This document shows, one piece after another, positions 56,501 through 64,000 of a DNA stretch of 64,000 bases. The notes under the pieces were generated by a model, which saw only the letters and a list, made by a program, of their open reading frames with translations, searched no databases and was not told the origin of the DNA. The DNA is taken from contig CAVUJU010000005.1 of NCBI GenBank assembly GCA_963741925.1, positions 2,369,447 to 2,433,446 on the forward strand. Direction: 5' to 3'. This stretch comes from an uncultured Acidobacteriota bacterium (GTDB lineage: Bacteria > Acidobacteriota > Thermoanaerobaculia > Multivoradales > DATKCC01). Numbering within the stretch: the first letter of the stretch is position 1; every line of letters begins with the position of its first letter. The position numbers and the translations under genes are program-made.

Positions 56501-58701
56501 CGGGGACGACGACCCATCGCTACAACGAGCACGGCGAGGAGGACCGCTCGACCGACGCCCGGGGGATCGTCGTCGCCCGCACGATCGACGCGCTCGACCG
56601 GGTGACGAACGTCGACTACCCCGACGACACCCTGGACACGACCTACCTCTACGACACGGCGCCCGGCTCCTGCGCCGCTCCGGGCTCGCCCGTCGGCCGC
56701 CTGGCCTCCATCACCCGGAACGGCGAGACGCTCGACTTCTGCCACGACCACTTCGGGCGGATGGTGAAGGACGGCGAGCTCGGCTACACCTGGGACGCCA
56801 ACGGCAACCGCACCGGGATCGTCTATCCTGGAGGGGTGAGCGCGGCCTACGGCTTCGACTTCGCCGACCGGGAGACGAGCCTCTCGGTGACGACCCCCGC
56901 GGGGGGCGTCACGCCCACCGGCGTCGTCACGGCCGCCGCCTACCTGCCCTCGGGACCGCTCTCGAGCCTCGCCCTCGGCAACGCCACCACCGAGACCCGG
57001 GCCTTCGACGGCCGCTACGTCCCCTCCGGGATCACCCTCTCGGGCCTGGCCGGAGGCGTCCCCGGCCACACCTGGACGTATGCCACCGACCGGGTGGGCA
57101 ACGTCACCGAGATCGTCGAGACCCCGGAGTGCTCCGGCGGTGGCTCGACCCTCGTCCTCGAGAACCAGACCGTCACGACGGATGAGACCTTCACCTCCTG
57201 CGCCGACCTCCAGGCGGGAAACGGCTTCACCGTCCAGAGCCCCGGGAACGTGACCTTCCAGGCGCAGGGCAAGGTCGTCCTCACCAGCGGCTTCTCGGTG
57301 GGCAACGGCGCCTCCTTCGCCGCCGGCTCCGGGTCGCTGCCAACCTTCTCCGATCGGACCTTCAGCTACCAAGCGCCGCAATACTTCCTCACCTCCGCCG
57401 CCCTCACCCGGGCCGCCGGCTCCTGGGGCACCCGCGACTGGTCGTACGACAAGATCGGCAATCGCCTCAGCGAGAGCCGGGACAGCGGAGCCAGCTCCGA
57501 CGGCTACGTCTACACGACGAACGCCGCCTCCGGCGATACCCCCGTCCTCGACCTCGTGAACCTCACCGTCAGCGGCACCCGCGACTACACCTGGGACGCC
57601 GCCGGCAACCTCGACTCCGTGGCCCCCGGCGGGAACCTCGTCGACTTCACCTTCGACGACGCGAGCCGCTTGTCTGCCGCCGGCCACCCGGCCTCGGGAG
57701 CGAGCGCCGCCTTCCTCTACGACGGCCGAGGCTTCCTCCGGAGCGCCACTCAGACCGCCGGCGGCACCGCCTCCGTCACCCCCCTCTACGACTCCGCCGG
57801 CCTCCTCCACGCCCTCCGCCGCCAGCCCAGCCCCACGGACCCGCTCGACACGACCTACGTCTTCTACCTCGCCGACCGCCCCGTCGCCCAGCTCCAAATC
57901 GACGGCACCGGCACCGAGACCTGGACCTACCTGACCACCGACCACCTCGGCACTCCCCTCATCGCCACCGACCAGAGCGGCGCGATCACCTGGGAAGGCG
58001 GCTTCGAACCCTTCGGTACCGACTACCAGGCGGGGATGACGGGGGTGGGGGCCTCGGAGAACGGGATCGACCTGAGGCTCCCCGGCCAGTGGGTCGACGA
58101 CACCTGGGCCGATGCCACCTCCGGAGCTGGGATCCACTACAACGTCTGGCGGTTCCTCGAAACACAGACTGGACGCTATACCCGGCCCGATCCCAAGCGA
58201 CTCCGGAGCGGAGAGTCGAACCTCTATCTCTACGCTCGGAACAACCCGCTGCTCAGCAGCGACCCCCTCGGGCTCTACACAGTCCTCGGTCCAGGCGCTC
58301 ACAGGGTGCGGGAGGCTTTCGATCTCCTCCGTCCGCTCGTCCTTCCCGGGAACAAGCAGCGCGACCCATGCGATCCGTGCCAGAAGATCTTCCGGAAGCT
58401 CGGGCTGGACCCTCGAATGCTCGACGAGAACGGTGCCGCCCCCATCATCTACACCGCTGCAGCTCCTCTCGATCCATCCCAAGCCTACGGCACCTACAAG
58501 TGCTCCGATTGGATCTGGATCGATCGCCGGCTCACCGAGGGCTCCGACCCGAAAAGACTCCGGTGCCTGGCTGCGAAACTCGCTCATGAGCTCGCCCACT
58601 TCCTGGCGGGTCATTGCCTTACAGAGGGGCCGGAAGGGCAAGGTGCTGAGAAGGCTTGCTTCGGGCGTCTCGTCGAAGGGACCAGCGAATGCGGGTTCTA
58701 G
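53581..58701 (+). CDS. rhs: Sec-secreted Rhs/YD-repeat polymorphic toxin whose C-terminal tip carries an HExxH motif
   Basis: signal peptide; Cys-rich N-domain; dozens of YD repeats; RHS core ending GIHYNVWRFLETQTGRYTRPDP...DPLGL; C-terminal tip with HELAHF. Confidence 0.9.
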   Translation: MANRDAAKLRRCWLFTLAPVPVRPVAAILASTLLASTLLASTLLVPAASGQAIPGKACGPEVAEGTTFHFEEETSAQLPAGVCFVTAFHCDQPEEDGGPTYQLLDAGCDPTAGPCRVQVRVPLKFPGNQDNIHDGPLHVEEVRWYVLSAAPSCEDSVQCGQVSTCGKEGTGTATINTERAVFTATRSLSCADVQHTDQPLSLTAWACVTTSGCKQRLDINGLDLDGPDVAAQIGCPDPPKQNCGAGDASSCQVCTPAGVGPGFGLPGYGGPGDGATGPNATLRYSSKGAGHPGYPGTPSRNVALGRYWSHDYAERIVAVGSPNPEDHVWMITKYGTFREWSAPDAGTGVYATVSPSDEYRTLTWTGSGWTLTDLDGTVEEFDAAGLWRSTTDRNLNQKIATYTAGQLTSVALPDGRREDFTYYPAGDPAEGKLASITEYGTDGVTHLPAWDYRWTGDDLTEIDRPDGTALLFEYDGTTGYLAKVRLRERNGTATRVLRAWSYTPDGKVSETWKGGDTPAAGTEDWKLSYDSSTQTTVTDPLGKPIVYTYELDPASPNVRVTQISGDCPVCGLAPNVQLGYSDPANPLRPTATTDGRGITTAMSYDTHGQVTSRTEAMGEPEARTTEWAYDPAFPALATSMDQPSVAGGASLRTTDWTRDGSGNPTDRTISGSEAGSAFTLTTASSFNAAGLPLTIDPPGYTTTDQTSFTYDATGLIPMTRTDPLVGTTTFGHDAFNRRTSVTDPNGLETTTAYDELDRVTEVRQLGPATPTDDLVTAYEYTSFGDLFRTTLPAGNVVEYAYDPAGRLTSVERRPDATTHGERVVYTLDAAGNRTREERQRWDAGSSTWVPVSATAYDYQNRCQVDQVRQGADQPEEATTAFEYDCDGNLTSVWDPDHDRATDPPTTTYGYDLLNRLTSVSQAWQPPGGTPGTAVTTYSYDVQDHLTGVTDAEGNPTTYVDSDRDLLTQEDSLVSGTTTHRYNEHGEEDRSTDARGIVVARTIDALDRVTNVDYPDDTLDTTYLYDTAPGSCAAPGSPVGRLASITRNGETLDFCHDHFGRMVKDGELGYTWDANGNRTGIVYPGGVSAAYGFDFADRETSLSVTTPAGGVTPTGVVTAAAYLPSGPLSSLALGNATTETRAFDGRYVPSGITLSGLAGGVPGHTWTYATDRVGNVTEIVETPECSGGGSTLVLENQTVTTDETFTSCADLQAGNGFTVQSPGNVTFQAQGKVVLTSGFSVGNGASFAAGSGSLPTFSDRTFSYQAPQYFLTSAALTRAAGSWGTRDWSYDKIGNRLSESRDSGASSDGYVYTTNAASGDTPVLDLVNLTVSGTRDYTWDAAGNLDSVAPGGNLVDFTFDDASRLSAAGHPASGASAAFLYDGRGFLRSATQTAGGTASVTPLYDSAGLLHALRRQPSPTDPLDTTYVFYLADRPVAQLQIDGTGTETWTYLTTDHLGTPLIATDQSGAITWEGGFEPFGTDYQAGMTGVGASENGIDLRLPGQWVDDTWADATSGAGIHYNVWRFLETQTGRYTRPDPKRLRSGESNLYLYARNNPLLSSDPLGLYTVLGPGAHRVREAFDLLRPLVLPGNKQRDPCDPCQKIFRKLGLDPRMLDENGAAPIIYTAAAPLDPSQAYGTYKCSDWIWIDRRLTEGSDPKRLRCLAAKLAHELAHFLAGHCLTEGPEGQGAEKACFGRLVEGTSECGF

Positions 58702-59648
58702 TCCTTTTGGCGTGCGTCTTGCTGCCCACCCGGCCGGCTTGCGCCGAAGACACCCAGAGCCTACGGCTCGAGCTCATCCTCCCCTCGACAACGGTGCCCC
58801 TCGGCGAGCCCTTCATCATCCGAGCCGTCCTGCTCAACGAGTCAACCGCCCCGGTGCGGGTCGCCCCTGTCTTCTTCCTCTCGCATGACAACCTCGAGTT
58901 GCAGCTAACCGATGCCGAAGGCGACAGCGTTGATGCGCCGAGCGGTGCGATCGAGGTCTGTGGCCGCGTGAACCGCGACTGGCTGATTCTTCTCGGCGCC
59001 CGCGAGCTCATCGGCGCGGACTTCAAGATCTCTCCCACACTCCCCGATAGCCTGAATTACATCTACGGGCTGCGGGCGGGCTGCTACACCTTCTCTGCCA
59101 TATTCCATCTCCACGACTTCGCGGACTGCCTCAATGCCCAGGCTGTACCCACTCCAGCGCCGGTACACGGTCCTGTCGCCTCCGAGCCGCAGAAGCTTTG
59201 CTTCGGCCCCCCCCTGCCAGAGCGGGTCACGGAGTTCCGAAACAAGCTCAGCTCGGGTCAATTGGACCAAGTCATCGAAGGACTCCTCTATTTCTCCAAC
59301 GTCGCTGATCCACGGGCAAGTGCCGAGATCCGCTCGCTCCTTGGTGCCGCCGAAGGCTGGCAATCTCGCTTCGTGGACCAGTTCCACGCCCTGACAGCCT
59401 TGCGCCGTCAGCGAGACCCCGCCAATGCACCCTACTTTCGAGAGGCGCTGCATGGTCGCTTCTCCGCACTCGCCGCCAAGGCTCTCCAGGAGGTCCGGGT
59501 TTCTCCCTCCACTTCCGCCAATCCGAACCGCTACCGTGACCGGGGCACGGAGCCCAACGCCAGTAGGAATTCATGCAGCTACGACTACCATGCAGGATTT
59601 CGGAGCGCTCTTGGACCTACCTCTGCGCCGATCACCTGGAGGCGCTAG
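58689..59648 (+). CDS. secreted candidate immunity protein for the Rhs toxin tip
   Basis: ATG lies inside the rhs stop region; signal peptide; paralogue of 63104-63895. Confidence 0.55.
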   Translation: MRVLVLLACVLLPTRPACAEDTQSLRLELILPSTTVPLGEPFIIRAVLLNESTAPVRVAPVFFLSHDNLELQLTDAEGDSVDAPSGAIEVCGRVNRDWLILLGARELIGADFKISPTLPDSLNYIYGLRAGCYTFSAIFHLHDFADCLNAQAVPTPAPVHGPVASEPQKLCFGPPLPERVTEFRNKLSSGQLDQVIEGLLYFSNVADPRASAEIRSLLGAAEGWQSRFVDQFHALTALRRQRDPANAPYFREALHGRFSALAAKALQEVRVSPSTSANPNRYRDRGTEPNASRNSCSYDYHAGFRSALGPTSAPITWRR

Positions 59649-59666
59649 CCGTGGCCGCCAACCGGG

Positions 59667-60401
59667 ATGGCGGCATCACCTGGCAAGGGTAGCTTCGAAC
59701 CCTTCGGCACCGACTACCAGGCCGGCACCGGCAACGGAGCGAGCGACAATGGCATCTCCCTCCGCCTCCCCGGCCAGTGGGAAGACGGCACCTGGGCCGA
59801 CGCGACCTCCGGAGCCGGGATCTACCAGAACACCTGGCGGTTCCTCGAAACGCAGACTGGACGTTATACCCGGCCCGATCCCTTGGGGCTTGACGGTGGC
59901 ATCAACCCCTACCGCTACGCCTTCTCGAATCCCCTTCGCCTTTCCGATCCAACCGGCCGGCATGTGACATGGGTCGACCCTCAGCTTGACCACCTTTTCA
60001 ACTGCGCTATCAAAGGCTCTTCCGAGTTCCGCCATCGTTATCTCGACTGGTTCATCAGGGATTCTCACGACTGGGAGATTCACGTTCACCCTCATCCGGT
60101 GGGTGACCCAGCGCCTCTCCCGGGCTACTGTTCTGGCTCAAGCTGCTGGGTTCGTCCCGGACCTTTCCACGCCGGTCAAGTTTTCATCATTCCTACCGGT
60201 GACTGCCTCACGGATACCAAGTCCCTGATGCACGAGCTCCTGGAGATCTTTGCGAATCGGGCGCTCGGCCTCTCGACAAGCGCTCTGGACGCCGTTGCAG
60301 TCAACGATCCCAACGATCCGTACCAGTCGCCGGCTCACCACTACGCGAAGGCGCACGACAGTGACCTCGCCAAGGAGATTTGCTGCCGGTGCCAACCATA
60401 A
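59667..60401 (+). CDS. orphan Rhs C-terminal fragment (core end + alternative toxin tip)
   Basis: FEPFGTDYQAG...TWRFLETQTGRYTRPDPLGLDG, then an unrelated tip (..MHELLEIF..). Confidence 0.6.
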   Translation: MAASPGKGSFEPFGTDYQAGTGNGASDNGISLRLPGQWEDGTWADATSGAGIYQNTWRFLETQTGRYTRPDPLGLDGGINPYRYAFSNPLRLSDPTGRHVTWVDPQLDHLFNCAIKGSSEFRHRYLDWFIRDSHDWEIHVHPHPVGDPAPLPGYCSGSSCWVRPGPFHAGQVFIIPTGDCLTDTKSLMHELLEIFANRALGLSTSALDAVAVNDPNDPYQSPAHHYAKAHDSDLAKEICCRCQP

Positions 60402-61234
60402 TCGGTAGTAGCTCTGGTCTTTCTTGGGCCTGGCTACTAGAGTTCACGTACTTGTTACCGGCTTCGCTGGCGGCCATGGTGGTCGTCGTCTCTTGTGGAC
60501 TAGCCATCACTCGCAAAGAGCCCTTCTCGGGCTCCGATTATCCGATCTTCGTCAGAGATCTAGCCGTCCTGCTGCCACCTGTCGTAGCCGCACAGACCTT
60601 CCTGGCCTCACTCGATAGATCTACCAGCCTAGACCCGTCGGGCCCCCAGGAGATTCTGCTGGCAAAAGCTTTCCTGGCCGCTGCAGTGACGGCCTACGTC
60701 TCTTGTCTCCTGCTCGCGTTCGCCTATCTTCTCGCCAGGCGGCTCGCCGCCTCCGCGGTGCTTGGAGCGACAAGAAGACGTTCGCTTCTGTCTCTCGGTG
60801 GGATCGTGTTAATCCCGACTGGCACCGCCGCCTTTCAGTTCGAGTGCTTCGGCGTCAAGCTCTTCCCTGGCGACGCCTTTGTCTCACGACAACTCGGCTA
60901 CCCGACGACCCTATTGCGGGTGTCGATCTCGCTCTCGGACGTTCTCGTAGCGGCCCTTCTCCTCGGCTCCGCACTCGTAGCTTTCGCCCTTTGGGGCCTC
61001 GTCTCTCACGGTTCTCGCCCGGCGCTAATCGCCCGTCCTACGACGTACGCTTTCGCGGCTATAGGGGCCCTAGCTGCTCTCGACGTTTACTCCTCCTTTT
61101 TCGCTCACTTCGACTCAGCCCACCCTACTCGTCTTGCTCCTGCTCTCGCGCTTCTATCGACTGTGATTCTAGTTACAGCTTATTATCTGCTCGTGGTTCG
61201 AGTACTGGTGCAGGCTCGCGCTCAGACAAAGTGA
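60380..61234 (+). CDS. multi-pass membrane protein, candidate immunity for orphan tip 1
   Basis: 7-8 TM helices; lower GC than surrounding DNA. Confidence 0.55.
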   Translation: MLPVPTIIGSSSGLSWAWLLEFTYLLPASLAAMVVVVSCGLAITRKEPFSGSDYPIFVRDLAVLLPPVVAAQTFLASLDRSTSLDPSGPQEILLAKAFLAAAVTAYVSCLLLAFAYLLARRLAASAVLGATRRRSLLSLGGIVLIPTGTAAFQFECFGVKLFPGDAFVSRQLGYPTTLLRVSISLSDVLVAALLLGSALVAFALWGLVSHGSRPALIARPTTYAFAAIGALAALDVYSSFFAHFDSAHPTRLAPALALLSTVILVTAYYLLVVRVLVQARAQTK

Positions 61235-61259
61235 AGCCAACGGCCACGGGGCACAGATA

Positions 61260-63116
61260 CGCCAGGTTTCAAGGTGACGTGACCGCCACCTACGGCCTCG
61301 ACTACGCCGACCGGGAGGTAAGCCTCTCGGTCAACACCCCGGCAGGCGGGATGACGCCCCACTCCGTCGTCTCCGGCGCCGCCTACCTGCCCTCGGGACC
61401 GCTTTCGAGCCTGGTCTTCGGCAACGGTGCCACCGAGGACCGCGCCTTCGATCAACGCTACTCCCCCTCTGGCATCACCTTCTCCGGCCTCGCCGCCGGA
61501 GTGCCCGGCCACACCTGGACCTACACCGTCTCGATCCGGTGGGCAACGTGACCGAGATCTTGGAGACCCCGGAGTGCACCGGCGGCGGCTCGGGGCTGGT
61601 CCTCGAGAACCAGACTGTCACGGCGGACAAGACCTTCACCTCCTGCGCGGATCTCCAAGCGGGCAACAACTTCGCCGTCGAGAGCCCCGGGAACGTGACC
61701 TTCCAGGCGCAGGGCAAGGTCGTCCTGACCAGCGGCTTCTCGGTGGGCTCCGGAGCCTCCTTCGCCGCCGGCTCCGGGTCGCTGCCAACCTTCTCCGATC
61801 GGACCTTCAGCTACCAAGCGCCGCAATACTTCCTCACCTCCGCCGCCCTCACCCGGGCCGCCGGCTCCTGGGGCACCCGCGACTGGTCGTACGACAAGAT
61901 CGGCAATCGCCTCAGCGAGAGCCGGGACAGCGGAGCCAGCTCCGACGGCTACGTCTACACGACGAACGCCGCCTCCGGCGACACCCCCGTCCTCGACCTC
62001 GTGAACCTCGCCGTCAGCGGAACCCGCGACTACACCTGGGACGCCGCCGGCAACCTCGACTCCGTGGCCCCCGGCGGGAACCTCGTCGACTTCACCTTCG
62101 ACGACGCGAGCCGCTTGTCTGCCGCCGATCACCCGGCCTCGGGAGCGAGCGCCGCATTCCTCGACGACGGCCGAGGCTTCCTCCGCAGCGCCACCCAGAC
62201 CGCCGGCGGCACCGCCTCCGTCACCCCGCTCTACGACTCCTCCGGCCTCCTCCACGCCCTCCGCCGAAAGCCCAGCCCCACGGACCCGCTCGACACGACC
62301 TACGTCTTCTACCTCGTCGGCCGCCCCGTCGCCCAGCTCCAAATCGACGGCACCGGCACCGAGACGTGGACCTACTTGACGACCGATCACCTGGGAACGC
62401 CGCTCGTTGCCACGAACCAGACCGCGGCCATCACTTGGGAAGGCGGGTTCCGCCCGTTCGGCACCGACTACCAGGCCGGGCTCCCCACTGGCGCTAGCGA
62501 GAACGGGATCGACCTCCGGTTGCCTGGAGAGTGGGACGACACCGCCTGGACCGATGCGACGTCGGGCGCGAGCGTTCACTACAACGTCTGGCGGTGGCTC
62601 GAGCCAGAGACGGGGCGATACACTCGACCCGATCCACTTAGATCTCAGAGACGGGGAACGGATTACCTCTATGCTCAAGACAATCCGATACTCAACACAG
62701 ATGCCACTGGTCGTTATCGAGTCATAGGCGGCGGAGCAGAAAATGTCCACCAGGCATTCCAGGACTTATTGCAGCGGATTCACACAAATTGCGATTGCTA
62801 CCAATTCTTCCATGATCTGGGCCTAGTCCCTTCAATGCTCGACCCTAATGGCGCGCCTCCTTACATCGCCACAGGAGGCTCCCCCCTCTCCCGCAACCAA
62901 ACGCTCTACGGCGCTTATAACTGCCGCACCGACTATATCTTTATCGACGCAAGGCTAGTCCAGGATTCACGTCACCGGCGATGCCTGGAGGCCAAGCTCG
63001 CCCATGAAGTGGCGCACTTTCTTGCACGCTCCTGCGAAGAAGGGCCCGAAGGCACGGGAGCCGAGAAGGCCTGTCTGGGGCGTGTCTACGAGGGCAAAGA
63101 CGATTGCGGATTCTAA
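61260..63116 (+). pseudogene. orphan Rhs 3' fragment (~620 codons homologous to 56820-58701) with an internal frame break ~61540; intact tip with HEVAHF
   Basis: near-identical stretches to the main rhs (SFSYQAPQYFLTSAALTRAAGSWGTRDWSYDKIGNRLSESRDSG...); 2-nt indel relative to the main copy. Confidence 0.7.
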
Positions 63117-63895
63117 CTCTCGCCCTCCTGCTGCTCCAACTCGGTTCCGCCAAGTCAGTCGACCTACGCTTGGTTCTTGCCGGCCCCAAGGAAGCGGTTC
63201 CACTCGGCGAGCCGTTCGCTTACCAAGTCACGCTTGTGAACAAGACTGGGGCTCGAGTGCGAGTAGTCCCGATCTTCTTTCACTCCGAGGATTACTTGGA
63301 CCTCCGACTAAAGAGCTCCACGAACCCATTACCCGAAGTCGCCCAGTTTGCAGCTGATTTCGAAAGCGGTCTCAACCGTGAAGACTTCGTCCTTCTAGGA
63401 GACCGCAACTTTATCGGACAGGAGTTCTTCGTGAGGCCCGAAAATCCCTTCGAATACATCTATGGCCTTCGGGAGGGAACTTACTCGGCGCAAGCCGTTC
63501 TGCACCTTCACTCGTTTTCGAGCAAATTTCAGTGGGATGACCTTCCGGCGGTCGAAGCGACCTTGAGCTCCAACGAAATCACCCTAACCTTCGGCCCACC
63601 CCGACCGACTACCATCGACTACCGCAAGCGAGAACTGAAGTTACACGATGAAACGAAGCAAAGTCAGGCTCTGGCATATTTTTCTAGTGTTCGCGCACCC
63701 GGAGTTGCAGCTGCCGTTCGCGAGATTCTTGGTCAACCTGCCGACTGGCTAAACCGTTTCCACGACCCAGCGGGCGCCCTCCTCGCCCTCCGCCGAAACT
63801 CGGAGGCCGCAAATTTTCCCTATATCAACGCCGCACTGACGTCGAGGTTTCGCGATCTGGCCCGGGAGGCACTCAAGGCGACACCGCCTCGCTAG
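63104..63895 (+). CDS. secreted candidate immunity protein 2 (paralogue of 58689-59648)
   Basis: signal peptide; shared ...PLGEPF...V.VVP.FF.S.D.L.L.L... pattern. Confidence 0.55.
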   Translation: MRILTLALLLLQLGSAKSVDLRLVLAGPKEAVPLGEPFAYQVTLVNKTGARVRVVPIFFHSEDYLDLRLKSSTNPLPEVAQFAADFESGLNREDFVLLGDRNFIGQEFFVRPENPFEYIYGLREGTYSAQAVLHLHSFSSKFQWDDLPAVEATLSSNEITLTFGPPRPTTIDYRKRELKLHDETKQSQALAYFSSVRAPGVAAAVREILGQPADWLNRFHDPAGALLALRRNSEAANFPYINAALTSRFRDLAREALKATPPR

Positions 63896-64000
63896 GACAG
63901 ACGGCTTCCTCCTACGGAGCCGACCAGCGAAGCACCTGGCACCTCCAGGGCGCGGCCTCGAGGAGAACTCCAGCTACGACTCGACGATCGGCAAGCTCGT

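Overview
High-GC (~70%) bacterial chromosomal window, densely coded on both strands. Adjacent genes frequently overlap by 4 nt at start and stop (GTGA/ATGA/TTGA). Main contents: (1) At 2.9-10.9 kb on the minus strand, an atypical gas-vesicle (gvp) operon: gvpJ-like, gvpA, a PAS/GAF sensor histidine kinase, a CheY-like receiver, gvpF/L, gvpG, a two-halved ArsA/Get3-family ATPase, a second gvpF/L and a GvpJ-GvpK fusion. The genes are chained by start/stop overlaps. No gvpN, gvpC or gvpO is present. This is the most interesting system in the window. (2) A REPtron: a REP-associated tyrosine transposase (RAYT) flanked by hairpin REP doublets, plus a solo REP elsewhere. (3) A 61-75 bp G-tract/C-tract tandem repeat family (quadruplex/hairpin-forming, G-run length variable) in four loci, including a ~1 kb array of about 15 units. 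It is not a CRISPR array, because there are no spacers. (4) A ~165 bp MITE-like element with terminal inverted repeats, in three copies. (5) At the 3' end, a Sec-secreted Rhs/YD-repeat polymorphic toxin (1706 aa) whose C-terminal tip carries an HExxH motif, followed by a secreted immunity-protein candidate. Two lower-GC orphan toxin-tip/immunity cassettes follow. (6) Housekeeping and accessory genes: GT39 glycosyltransferase, methyltransferases, aminotransferases, NSS transporter, peptidases (M28, S10, M48, M50), GGDEF-EAL, PilZ, MsrA, PdxH, aldo/keto reductase, RlmI, MprF, ECF sigma, di-haem cytochrome c, UbiB kinase. Several genes show single-base frame breaks at G/C homopolymers: UbiB (two breaks), a small ORF upstream of rhs, and the segment between a histidine kinase and its response regulator. 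These are either assembly indels or pseudogenes. No rRNA, tRNA or CRISPR array was recognised by eye.
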